Shown here: positions 38,001 through 46,893 of the stretch, piece by piece
Layout of the letters: the number at the start of each line of letters is the position of its first letter
Numbering within the stretch: position 1 is the first letter of the stretch
Assembly: GCA_050331595.1 (NCBI GenBank)
Contig: JBHJGQ010000013.1
Span: 69,911 to 133,910, forward strand
Reading direction: 5' to 3'
Origin: Opitutales bacterium
Lineage (GTDB): Bacteria; Verrucomicrobiota; Verrucomicrobiia; Opitutales; JBHJGM01
DNA length: 64,000 nucleotides
Made by a program: the position numbers and the translations under genes
Notes under the pieces: generated by a model
What the model was told of the DNA's origin: nothing
The model's database searches: none
Seen by the model: the letters and a program-made list of their open reading frames with translations, nothing else

Positions 38001-38146
38001 CCCTCTACGGCGTGCTCGGGTAACGCTGACCGAGCGACTGTATGAGCCGATACTGACAGGCATGGAACGGCTGGAGCATCGAGCGATCGGACGCTTCGGC
38101 GGCGGTCTAGAGCGAGATATAAAACGCGCGCGGATTCGCGGAAGCG

Positions 38147-38698
38147 GTGTCCGAATTCGTTGACCGGGCTATCGCCAAAAGTTCGTTTGCCGCGAGGGTT
38201 GACCGTATCCGCGCAGCTGCCGGGGGACTGAGCGACGCCGAAATCGATTCCAGGGTGCAAGCGGCCATCGACTGGGCACGAGCGAATCCTACTGGATTCC
38301 AATGTAGGTGTCAGCGCGCTGATTTTATCGAGTACATCGCTGCCTGCACGGATATTGGATCAAAGGTAGGTAAATATTACGAAACAGCAATACATCCTTT
38401 CCAGTATGAGGACCTGGTATGGGTACTTCTTTGCCCACAACTGGAGCGCCTGATCCCGTGTGTGGCGGCCTTAGGCCGATTGAGTGATTTGAAGTTGCTG
38501 GCGCGGCGGGTTCATCCGGTCGATCTCTCCAGCCTGACTTTAGACACGGACGACAACTGGCTGCTGGCGTCCGCGCTCGTGAGTAAGGCCGACGCGGATT
38601 TGGTGACGGGCGACAAGGCTCACCTGTTGCCGTTGGAAGCGGTTCAGGGCGTCGCGATTCTAGAACCGGCCACGTTCCTGGAGCCTCTTCAGACCTGA
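38147..38698 (+). pseudogene. decayed toxin-antitoxin locus: antitoxin-like N-terminus run together with a frameshifted PIN-family (PIN_3-type) toxin
   Basis: The C-terminus (DTDDNWLLASALVSKADADLVTGDKAHLLPLEAVQGVAILEPATFL) is the PIN_3 toxin signature. The expected N-terminus (ILLDSNVGVSALILSSTSLPARILDQR) is present in a different frame at about 38286-38366 and ends in TAG at 38367-38369. The segment at about 38300-38460 is visibly AT-richer. Confidence 0.45.
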
Positions 38699-38821
38699 GC
38701 GGGCCTGCACAGATGGGTCCTTCGGTCTTGCCACGGAAGCGCTTCGGAAGCATTCTATTATGTTTCGAGAGCCGCTGAAGGGATGCGCTTTCGGTCTACG
38801 CAAACCCAAGTTTTTGAACGC

Positions 38822-39571
38822 ATGTCCGGTCATAGTAAATGGGCTACCATCAAGCGGCACAAGGCGGCGGTCGACGCCAAGCGCGGCAAGATGTTTTCCA
38901 TCATCAGCAAGGAAATCACGCTGGCGGCGCGTTCCGGGGGCGGCGACCCGGGCTTCAACCCCCGCCTGCGCACCGTGCTGCTCAAGGCCAAGCAGGCCAA
39001 CATGCCCAGCGACAACGTCGACAAGGCGATCAAGAAGGGTACCGGCGAACTGCCCGGGATGGTCATCGAAGAACTGACCTACGAAGGCTACGCCGTGGGT
39101 GGAGTCGGGCTCATCGTCGAGGTGACCACTGACAACAAAAACCGCAGCGCGGCCGAGGTGCGCAGCACGTTTTCCAAACACGGCGGCAATCTGGCCGGCG
39201 CGGGCGCCCTGGCCTTCAACTTTCAGCGCAAGGGCCAGTTCCTCATTTCCGGCGACAAGACGACCGAAGAGCAGCTGATGGAGGTCGCCATCGAAGCCGG
39301 CGCCGAGGACATCAAGAGCGAGGACGACCACTTCGAGATCGTCTGCGAGATGCAGGACTTCGACAACGTGTCCAAAGCCCTGAGCGAAGCCGGCATCGAG
39401 GCTGACGAGTCTGAGATTGTGTACCTGCCCAATACGCCCGTGCCGGTTGAAGACGCCGAGACGGCGAAGAAGGTGCTCAAACTCATTGAGGCGCTCGACG
39501 ATCTGGAAGACGTGAAGGCCGTCCACTCCAATTACGACATCGACGAAGCCGTCCTCGAAGCCACCGGCTAG
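38822..39571 (+). CDS. yebC: YebC/PmpR family DNA-binding transcriptional regulator
   Basis: MSGHSKWATIKRHKAAVDAKRGKMFSIISKEI...NMPSDNVDKAIKKG. ATG at 38822 within the track ORF. Confidence 0.95.
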   Translation: MSGHSKWATIKRHKAAVDAKRGKMFSIISKEITLAARSGGGDPGFNPRLRTVLLKAKQANMPSDNVDKAIKKGTGELPGMVIEELTYEGYAVGGVGLIVEVTTDNKNRSAAEVRSTFSKHGGNLAGAGALAFNFQRKGQFLISGDKTTEEQLMEVAIEAGAEDIKSEDDHFEIVCEMQDFDNVSKALSEAGIEADESEIVYLPNTPVPVEDAETAKKVLKLIEALDDLEDVKAVHSNYDIDEAVLEATG

Positions 39572-39719
39572 TCGAGCGACCTCGTCGGGACGCGAATGCT
39601 GCGCATCCGGATGTTGGGCAGGCCCGTGGATGCGAGCGCAAGGCACACCGCATGTCAGTGCGAGCAGAGCTGTGTGCAGACTTGTCGTCATTTGGCGATA
39701 CGCTAGGCTCGAATCGAAC

Positions 39720-40109
39720 ATGAACGCGCAAATCCGAGTGACCCCGGCTGCCTCCACGCGAGCCGACCCAACCCCCTGGGGTGGGCTGCGGTGGTACGCC
39801 GACGCCGCTAATGAAAACAGCGACGCGCTGACCGTGGGTCGGTGCACCTTGCTGCCGGCCTGCGCGAATCCGCGGCACCGCCATCCCAATTGTGAGGAGG
39901 TGCTGGTTGTGCTGGAGGGTGAGATTGAGCATACCGCCGCCGACGAGACAACCTGCCGGATGGGCCCCGGAGACGTTGTCACGATTCCTCCTGGTGTGTG
40001 GCACAACGCCCTAAACGTGGGTGCCTCCAAAGCCGAGCTGCTGATCGTCTTTTCGAGCGCGCACCGGCAGACCGAGTTGATGGACACGGACACCGTTGCC
40101 GAGGGATGA
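39720..40109 (+). CDS. cupin domain-containing protein
   Basis: ATG at 39720. Metal-site pattern RHRHPNCEEVLVVLEGE...GDVVTIPPGVWHNALN. Confidence 0.75.
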   Translation: MNAQIRVTPAASTRADPTPWGGLRWYADAANENSDALTVGRCTLLPACANPRHRHPNCEEVLVVLEGEIEHTAADETTCRMGPGDVVTIPPGVWHNALNVGASKAELLIVFSSAHRQTELMDTDTVAEG

Positions 40110-40851
40110 AGCTGCTGGTGGCCAGCCCGGCGTGTTGCCCGCGCAAGACCCTGCCCCAAGCATTGGCGTTTTTTCAGGCGATCGGTTTCACGTACCTCGA
40201 AGTCTTTACGGACTGGGTTGAAAGTCGTTTCGACTTCAGCCAGCCCCCGAGTGATTACCGCAGTCAATGCGAAGCGCAGGGCTTGCGGGTGTACTCGATG
40301 CATTTGCCGCGTGTGGATTCCGTGGCGGGTGTGGATGACGCGGTGCGTTACGCGCAGGCGGCGGTCGAACTCGGCGCATCCGTTATCATCTACAAAGCCC
40401 ACACGCTGGACACCTATCGGGAAACGCTGGGAACCTTTCTTGACCGGACACAATCGCTGGGCCTGACCACCGTTATCACGCACCATGCGGGCACGGCGAT
40501 CGAACATCCGGAGCACATGGGTCGCTGTTGGAGGCGGTAGACGACGCGCGGCTGCACGGGCTTCTGGAGGTCGGCCACCTGGCCAAAGCCGGATACCACT
40601 GGCGCGATGCCTGGACCTACCTGCAGGGTCGTCTTGGGCTGGTTCACATCAAAGACATGCGCGACGGTCATGCAGTCCCCTACGGTCAAGGGACGATCGA
40701 TTTTGGGGAACTGTTCGCGACGCTGACCCAGGGCGGGTACACCGACCCCTACGTCTTTGAGCAGGAGCACGGCGATCTGGTCAGCCGCGAGCAGCACGTG
40801 GGTCCCGGCGTCGCCCACCTGCGCGAACACTTTGATTGCCGTCTGAGCTAG
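40106..40851 (+). pseudogene. sugar phosphate isomerase/epimerase (xylose-isomerase-like TIM barrel), interrupted by a 1-nt frameshift
   Basis: ATGA-coupled to the cupin gene. The N-terminal part (track ORF 39998..40540) ends ...ITHHAGTAIEHPEHMGRCWRR*. The family continues in the -1 frame (SLLEAVDDARLHGLLEVGHL...VHIKD...G.GTIDF...), listed as track ORF 40528..40851. The frame switch is at about 40517-40522, in a GGG run. Confidence 0.7.
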
Positions 40852-40857
40852 CGACAG

Positions 40858-41730
40858 ATGAAGCCTGAGGTCATCACCTTCATTGGGCTTGGCGAGATGG
40901 GCCTGGCCATGGCGGTCAATTTGGTTCGGGCCGGTTACCTTGTAACCGGCGTGGACCGAAGCGAGACGCGCGTGCAGAGCTTTGCCGAGGCTGGCGGGCG
41001 CGTGGACGGTGACTGGGAAAGTGATTTGAAGCAATCGGATTTCGTGATGACCAGTGTGAGCAACGGTGAAGCGTTCTTGGCGCTGGCGCGGGAGACGCTG
41101 CTGCCGCACGCTCGCACGGGTCAAATCTATGTCGACCTGGGGACGCTCTCGCCACCGGACGTGCGCGAACTGGCCGAGGCCTTCGCCCGAAAAAGCGCCA
41201 CGCTCTTGGATGTGCCTGTTTCCGGTGGTCCTGGCGGTGCGCGCGAGGGGTCGCTACGCATGTTCGCCGGCGGGGAACGCGCTGCGTTCACGAAGGTCCG
41301 TCCGCTGCTGGAGGTGCTGGGAGAGCCTGAGGCAATCGATTACTGCGGGTCGAGCGGGAGCGGCCAGCTGATGAAGGCGGTCAATCAGCTGGGCATGGGA
41401 CTGATCCAAGCCGCGGCACTGGAATGCGTGGCCTTCGGGATCAACGCGGGCCTGGACCCGGAGGCGATCAACCGGCTGGTGGGTGGTGACAACGGCTGGC
41501 GCGCGCTGATTCGCCAGGTCAGCGCCAAAGCTCAGGACGAGACTGCTCAATGGGTAGGCGTGAAGCACGGGCAGTTGCCCTACTTTTTTCGCGAGGCCCA
41601 AGCCCGAGGATTTCCGATGCCGTTGTCGCAGGCGCTCCATGCCTTTCTCGACGGACATCCAGAGGTGATCCGCGAAGCCAACCGCAGGTCACCATCGTTC
41701 TGGCGGGCACTTACCGAAAATACGAAATAA
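40858..41730 (+). CDS. NAD(P)-dependent beta-hydroxyacid dehydrogenase (3-hydroxyisobutyrate dehydrogenase family)
   Basis: ITFIGLGEMGLAMAVNLVRAGY, LDVPVSGGPGGAREGSL, GSGQLMKAVNQ. Confidence 0.85.
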   Translation: MKPEVITFIGLGEMGLAMAVNLVRAGYLVTGVDRSETRVQSFAEAGGRVDGDWESDLKQSDFVMTSVSNGEAFLALARETLLPHARTGQIYVDLGTLSPPDVRELAEAFARKSATLLDVPVSGGPGGAREGSLRMFAGGERAAFTKVRPLLEVLGEPEAIDYCGSSGSGQLMKAVNQLGMGLIQAAALECVAFGINAGLDPEAINRLVGGDNGWRALIRQVSAKAQDETAQWVGVKHGQLPYFFREAQARGFPMPLSQALHAFLDGHPEVIREANRRSPSFWRALTENTK

Positions 41731-41756
41731 GTTTATTTGATAACGTATACGATTAT

Positions 41757-42608
41757 TCAGGTGTTCTGGGATCTTCGAGAGGTGCGGCGGATTTGGGCAA
41801 AGAGCCATTGTTGCGCAAGGCCCGGGTAGGGCGCGAAGTGGATTTGGGCAAAGCGCTCGAGGTGGTGGGCCCGCCAACTGTCGTCCAGGCCGTAAAGATC
41901 GCGTAGGGCTTTTAGGATCCAGGTGTCGATGGGAAAGGCATCCAGGCGACCCGCGCCAAAGAGCAGAACGCAATCAGCGATTTTGGGGCCCACCCCAGGC
42001 AGCCGCAGCAGGCGGGCGCGGGCTTCCTCCAGCGGTACGTTGTCCAGGCCGTCGAGCAGGCCCGGTGTTGCTGCCAGAACTTGCGCGGTCTGGTGTATGT
42101 AGCGTGCACGGTAACCAAGCCGGCAGCTGCGTAGTGCGTTCTCGGATACGTCGGCCAGCGTCGTCCAGTCGGGCAGGGCGTGGATTCCCGGGACCAGCGC
42201 GCGGCCAAACTTCGCGGCGACGTCTTCGCAGATTTGCTTGATCTGCACGATCTGCTTGGTCGAGGAGCACAGAAAGGCGAAGAGGGTCTCGTGCAGGGGC
42301 TGACGCAGGATGCGCAAGCCTGGCCAGGTATCCACGGCGGCGCGCAGCTGAGCGTCTCCACCCAGGGGCAGCTGCGCGGCACAGGCGGCAAAGTCTGTGG
42401 CGTAAGCGAGGTAGGGCGGCAGAGCCTGCGCAACACGCGCCTCAAAACCGGCGGGGCAGGACCAGAGCAACCGATTCCCCGAGGGCTTCAGTTTCAGACG
42501 TGCGACGCAGTTCCCCCACACGCCCTGCCAGCAGTCCTCGTTTTCGAGGCGGTTGCAGCGGAAGGCCTGACCGCCATCAAGGGTTTCGGCCAGCGAGCGC
42601 GGGTCCAT
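41757..42608 (-). CDS. ogg: 8-oxoguanine DNA glycosylase / HhH-GPD family DNA glycosylase
   Basis: OGG-like N-terminus (LDGGQAFRCNRLE) and an HhH-GPD motif (LRLPGVGPKIADCVLLFGAGRLDAFPIDTWI). Start taken at the Met at 42608; the ORF is open to 42689, which would overlap the upstream gene. Confidence 0.78.
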   Translation of the reverse strand: MDPRSLAETLDGGQAFRCNRLENEDCWQGVWGNCVARLKLKPSGNRLLWSCPAGFEARVAQALPPYLAYATDFAACAAQLPLGGDAQLRAAVDTWPGLRILRQPLHETLFAFLCSSTKQIVQIKQICEDVAAKFGRALVPGIHALPDWTTLADVSENALRSCRLGYRARYIHQTAQVLAATPGLLDGLDNVPLEEARARLLRLPGVGPKIADCVLLFGAGRLDAFPIDTWILKALRDLYGLDDSWRAHHLERFAQIHFAPYPGLAQQWLFAQIRRTSRRSQNT

Positions 42609-42655
42609 CCGCACCGTTGGAGCCAGCGGCACCCACGGGCTCCACTCAAGTCCGC

Positions 42656-43156
42656 TCACTGGGCAGGCGTGGACTCTGGCGCACGCCACAAAAAGCTCGC
42701 GTGCACGGCCAGCGGCTCCGTGCCATCGCCCGCGAAGACCTGGATGCGGTAGGCGGTCAGCGGGTTGTCTGTCGTGGGCAGCGGCAGGGCGCCGCCTTCG
42801 GTCAAGCCCAGGTAAACACGTCGGCGCTTCGATTTTTCGGCGAGGGGCGCGAGATTGGCCGTGAAACGCTGCACCTCCGGGCTGTCCGCCAAAAAGTACT
42901 CCAGCTCAATGCGTGCACGCTCCGGAAGTTCGCGCAGCTTGCGGTCCAGGCGAATGACAAAGTAGTGGCCATCGGGTTTTTGGGGATTGCTGCGCAGGCA
43001 GTAGCGCCCGTCGAAGGCTTCCCACCCGGCATAGTCGGCGATGCGCTCAAAATCGGCCGTAGTGAAAGCGCGATGCTGCACCGCGCGGATGGACACCGCA
43101 CACAAGGTCAACGGCAGTAGCCCCAAAACCAGCCACAGGTACAGGCGTTTCGTCAT
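42656..43156 (-). CDS. hypothetical secreted protein or lipoprotein
   Basis: 166 aa with an N-terminal signal-like segment (LYLWLVLGLLPLTLCAV). No family recognised. Coding assignment rests on position and strand consistency. Confidence 0.45.
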   Translation of the reverse strand: MTKRLYLWLVLGLLPLTLCAVSIRAVQHRAFTTADFERIADYAGWEAFDGRYCLRSNPQKPDGHYFVIRLDRKLRELPERARIELEYFLADSPEVQRFTANLAPLAEKSKRRRVYLGLTEGGALPLPTTDNPLTAYRIQVFAGDGTEPLAVHASFLWRAPESTPAQ

Positions 43157-43207
43157 GCCGATGAGGTTGGCGGCAGGGCGACCGGCGGCGCAATCTCTTT
43201 TCGCGGC

Positions 43208-43975
43208 TCAACGCGATGGGCGGCGCCGCGTGATACGACCGCTGATGAACAGCACGGTGGCCACAAAGGCAAAACCCAGCAGGCTTGAGAACAGCACCAC
43301 CGCAAAGACGCTGTTGATCGCACCCTCGCCCTGGTAAAGTTGCACCAGGTAACCCAGCCCGCTGTCGGGGCCCACACTGCCGGCAAAGAGGTCGCCCGTC
43401 AGTGCGCCGATGGGCGCCAGCGTGGCCGCGATACGCACGCCCGCCATAAAGTACGGCAGGCTATTGGGTACACGCAGTTGCCACAGCTCCTGCCAGCGGC
43501 TGGCCCCGTTGAGTCGGAACAGATCGAGGAAATCGCGCGGCACGTTGAGCAGGCCCGTGGTCGTATTCACCACCACCGGGAAGAAGCTGATGAGGAAGGT
43601 GATCGCGGCCACGCTGCCCATCCCGTAATCAAACCAGCGTACCAAGATCGGAATCAGCGTGATGACCGGGACCATTTGCAGCGCCGTCACCCAAGGGTAG
43701 GCCGCCCGGCGAAACAGCCCGAACAGGCTCATCGGCACGCTCAGGACAAAGCCACCGCTGACCGCCAGGCAGAAGCCCACGATTGCGTGCAGTCCCGTGA
43801 TCAGACCCGCCGAAATAAGCGAGTCACGCTCCTCCCAACAGGCAGCGAGCACATCGTGGGGGGCGGGCAGCAGAAACGGACTGATCCCAAAGAGCAGGAT
43901 GGCACCGTACCAAGCCGCGAGCAGCAGCAGGCCCATCCCGACCGCGGGCAGAGCTTTGTGGCGCAGACGCGACAT
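43208..43975 (-). CDS. ABC transporter permease (nitrate/sulfonate/taurine NitT/TauT type)
   Basis: Six hydrophobic segments and a BPD_transp_1 EAA-like loop (FLDLFRLNGASRWQELWQLRVPNSLPYFMAGVRIA). Start taken at the Met at 43975; the ORF is open to 44095. Confidence 0.8.
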   Translation of the reverse strand: MSRLRHKALPAVGMGLLLLAAWYGAILLFGISPFLLPAPHDVLAACWEERDSLISAGLITGLHAIVGFCLAVSGGFVLSVPMSLFGLFRRAAYPWVTALQMVPVITLIPILVRWFDYGMGSVAAITFLISFFPVVVNTTTGLLNVPRDFLDLFRLNGASRWQELWQLRVPNSLPYFMAGVRIAATLAPIGALTGDLFAGSVGPDSGLGYLVQLYQGEGAINSVFAVVLFSSLLGFAFVATVLFISGRITRRRPSR

Positions 43976-44103
43976 TTTGCGCGCAAACTGTTGCCGATTG
44001 CTGACGAAGGCAAATGCGGAACGCAGCCCGGCGGTCAGGCCGGTGAAGGCGTCGCGGCGGATTTCGGTTGCAGCGCGGGCGGCGGGCTTCACCATCCACG
44101 CTC

Positions 44104-45066
44104 ATGAAGATGGTGGCACTGGACGCGGCGACGTTGGACCTGCAGGAATCCGCCTGGGCGGCAGTCGCGGAGTTGGGGGACTTGATCTTTCACGATCTGA
44201 CGCCCTACCAGGAGGCCACGATCATCGAGCGCTGCGCCGGCGCGACGGTGGCCCTGACCAACAAGGTCCCCTTTTCGCGCGCCACACTCGAAGCGCTGCC
44301 AGACCTCAAGCTGATCGCGGTGTTGGCCACCGGCTACAACATCATCGACCTCGAGGCGGCACGGGAGTGCGGGGTGACGGTCTGCAACGTGCCGGCCTAC
44401 AGCACGACTTCGGTCGTCCAGCATACCTTGGCGCTGATCCTCGAGATGACCAACCAGGTTGGGCGTCATGCGCGGGCGGTCGCGGACGACGAGTGGGTGC
44501 GCAGCGAGCGCTTTGCGTTTTGGCACCAGGCGCCCATCGAGTTGAACGGCTTGACCGTGGGGATCGTTGGCTGGGGCGACATCGGCAGCCGCGTCGGCAC
44601 CGCGGTCCACGCGCTGGGGGCCAACGTGCTGGGCTTTTCGCGCAGCCGCCGCAACGCGCCGCAGTGGTCGCCCTTCGCCTGGGCCGACGTCGACACCATC
44701 TTCGCGCAGGCCGACGTGATTTCCTTGCACTGCCCGCAGACGCCTGAAACGACGGGGCTGGTCAACGCCGAGCGCTTGAAGGGGATGAAGCCGGAGGCTT
44801 TTCTGGTCAACACCGCGCGGGGAGGCCTGGTCAACGAAGTGGATTTGGCGCAGGCGCTGCAAAACGGTTCGATCGCCGGTGCCGCCCTCGACGTCATTTC
44901 TGCCGAGCCGATGCGCGCGGACAATCCCCTGCGGGGCGCGCCCAATTGCTGGATTACGCCGCACCTGGCCTGGGCCAGCCTGCCCAGCCGTGAGCGCCTG
45001 CTGGCCATCACCGCCGCCAACATCCGGGCATTCACCGCCGGCGACGCGCAGAATGCGGTGGGTTAA
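44104..45066 (+). CDS. D-2-hydroxyacid dehydrogenase (glycerate/hydroxypyruvate reductase family)
   Basis: ATG at 44104. GIVGWGDIGSRVG, SLHCPQTPETTGLV, LVNTARGGLVNE, and a catalytic His in PHLAWAS. Confidence 0.88.
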   Translation: MKMVALDAATLDLQESAWAAVAELGDLIFHDLTPYQEATIIERCAGATVALTNKVPFSRATLEALPDLKLIAVLATGYNIIDLEAARECGVTVCNVPAYSTTSVVQHTLALILEMTNQVGRHARAVADDEWVRSERFAFWHQAPIELNGLTVGIVGWGDIGSRVGTAVHALGANVLGFSRSRRNAPQWSPFAWADVDTIFAQADVISLHCPQTPETTGLVNAERLKGMKPEAFLVNTARGGLVNEVDLAQALQNGSIAGAALDVISAEPMRADNPLRGAPNCWITPHLAWASLPSRERLLAITAANIRAFTAGDAQNAVG

Positions 45067-45088
45067 CGAAGCTGTTTTTTCGTTCGTT

Positions 45089-45298
45089 GTTCCTGGTTCC
45101 TGGTTCTGCGTTGGGAGATGGGGTGCCTCGCCGAAAGCAAGGTGGCTGCTGCCAAAACGCGGGAACGCGCTCTACGATTCTTAGCGCGAGACTGGTATTG
45201 AGTGATTCGGATACAATCGTTTCGGCTAAGACTGTCTCAGAGTCTGAGCGGCTCTGCTTGAACTAAGAACTACGAAAAAAGAGCGAGGAACGAGGACC
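45089..45298. repeat. imperfect 18-nt inverted repeat built from heptads (GTTCCTG GTTCCTG GTTC at 45089-45106 versus GAGCGAGGAACGAGGACC at 45281-45298), flanking a roughly 175-bp AT-richer core
   Basis: Read directly. 14 of 18 positions are complementary. An 8-nt inverted pair TTTTTTCG (45075-45082) / CGAAAAAA (45273-45280) is also present. Confidence 0.4.
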
Positions 45299-45313
45299 GA
45301 AACACCGAATCGC

Positions 45314-46756
45314 CTACGTCTTGCGCAGGCTGCCGCTGTTTTGAATATCCGGTGGGGCGTGCTTCAGCTGCGGGTTGCGCACGAAAAAGAAGCCCAGGAG
45401 AATGAGCGCCGGCCAGACAAGCGAGGGCAGTAGGGCCGATTCGTACGTGCCAAAGGCCTTGTACATGAGCGTGTAGTAATGCGGGCCAACCGCGCTGCAA
45501 ATGACCAGCACGGCCATTGCGACGCCGTTGATGCTGCCCAGGTTGGCCCGTCCGTAATAGCGCGGCCAAACCGCGTTGAGCAGGATGCCGTAGCAGGACC
45601 ACGACAGGCCGCTTCCGGCGATCCACAGTACCATGCCCCAGTCGCTGGGAAAGGTCAGCAGGCCCGTCATCATGGCGCTCGTGCCCAGCAGCAGCATGCC
45701 CAGGAGATTGCGCAGGCGAAACTTATCGGCGGCAATCCCCAGCAGCAGGCCCAGGCAAATGTTCGCAGCGGCGGACAGGTTGAGCGTGTTGTTGAAGGCC
45801 GTCAGCGTGATGCCCATCTCGGTCACCATGTCTTTGCGGTGAAAGAAAATGGCCGTGACGGTGAAGCTCTGAAAGCCCATCCCCAAGCTGAAAAACCAAA
45901 ACGGCCAGGTACGCATGGCCTCGAGCGCTTTGAAGTCGCGAAAGGTCTGGAAGCGCGCCGCCTTTTCGGCGGATTCGGGTTTCTTGGGCATCCAGCCGCC
46001 GTCCATCTCCAAACCGCATTCCTCGGGCCGGTCCCGATAGAATAGAAAGGCCAGCACCGCCATGCCGAAGATCATGAAGCAGCCCAGAAACAGCCACGCG
46101 CCGCTGCCGCCGAGATTTTCCACCAGCCAATCGAGCACCCGGGGGGCCGAGGAAAAGCCCAGTGCGGCAATCGCGTTGAAGACGCCCGCCACGCGGCCCC
46201 GCAGCCGGTTGAACCAGCGCTGCACCATCAGGTTGGGTAGGATGGACACCACCCCCTGGCCGAGGAACCGCAGAAAGAAATAGCCGACCAGGACAACGAT
46301 GAAGGAGATTGCCGGTGACTCGCCTTCGGGTCCGGCCAGCCACTCAAACAACGAGCCCGCCCCGGCCAGAAACAGCAGCGTCAGCCCAAAGGCCACGAAA
46401 ACAAGCACGCCGGTCTGGCGCACCCCCAGTTTCTCAATCTGCTTGCCGACGAAGGGGAGCAGCAACCCGGAGCTGATCGTCCCGATCAGATAGGCCAAGG
46501 TCAGCAGGCTTTCGTCCTCGATGCGAAGGCTGTCCAGCAGGTGGTCGGTGAAGGAGCCCACGCCGATCGTCTGCCCCGGCATGCTCGCGAGCAGTCCGAG
46601 TGCGGCCAGCGGGGCGAGAAACCAGCCGTAGAAAAACGGAAAGCGCCGGGGTACAACCGGCCATTGCGGGTCGAAAATCCGCTGCAGCCGCGTGCATCGA
46701 GGTGGCGCGGGCGCGGGTTGAGCGTCGGCGTCGGGACTGTCCGTGGAATCAGGCAA
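45314..46756 (-). CDS. MFS transporter
   Basis: 480 aa. About 12 hydrophobic segments with a central loop and an MFS-like loop motif (NRLRGRVAGVFNA). Confidence 0.85.
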   Translation of the reverse strand: MPDSTDSPDADAQPAPAPPRCTRLQRIFDPQWPVVPRRFPFFYGWFLAPLAALGLLASMPGQTIGVGSFTDHLLDSLRIEDESLLTLAYLIGTISSGLLLPFVGKQIEKLGVRQTGVLVFVAFGLTLLFLAGAGSLFEWLAGPEGESPAISFIVVLVGYFFLRFLGQGVVSILPNLMVQRWFNRLRGRVAGVFNAIAALGFSSAPRVLDWLVENLGGSGAWLFLGCFMIFGMAVLAFLFYRDRPEECGLEMDGGWMPKKPESAEKAARFQTFRDFKALEAMRTWPFWFFSLGMGFQSFTVTAIFFHRKDMVTEMGITLTAFNNTLNLSAAANICLGLLLGIAADKFRLRNLLGMLLLGTSAMMTGLLTFPSDWGMVLWIAGSGLSWSCYGILLNAVWPRYYGRANLGSINGVAMAVLVICSAVGPHYYTLMYKAFGTYESALLPSLVWPALILLGFFFVRNPQLKHAPPDIQNSGSLRKT

Positions 46757-46893
46757 GCCGGCACGTTGGCGCCTTGCTCGCGCTAACGCAATAGACCTGT
46801 CGGCCTTTCAACGGAATCGCCCCCGAGGGCACGCGCTGGTTGATCCGGCTGGACTCCCGTGCGTAGGCTGTCGTTTTTCGTAAGCCCCGAACG

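Noticed and set aside
36903-38063. 386-aa ORF antisense to yidC. Similar cases are 15865..17022 (antisense to pilT), 58069..59232 (antisense to the Gfo/Idh/MocA gene), 61569..62792 (opposite the rhomboid and HAD-like genes), and 11790..12665 and 12699..13625 (opposite the FGE-domain gene).
   Set aside because: All lie opposite genes with strong family signatures and translate to arginine/glycine/alanine-rich low-complexity sequence without motifs.
38660-40516. 618-aa minus-strand ORF spanning yebC, the cupin gene and the isomerase gene
   Set aside because: It runs antisense to three independently recognisable plus-strand genes (the YebC signature is unambiguous). Its translation is low-complexity, R/A/G/V-rich, and shows no motifs.
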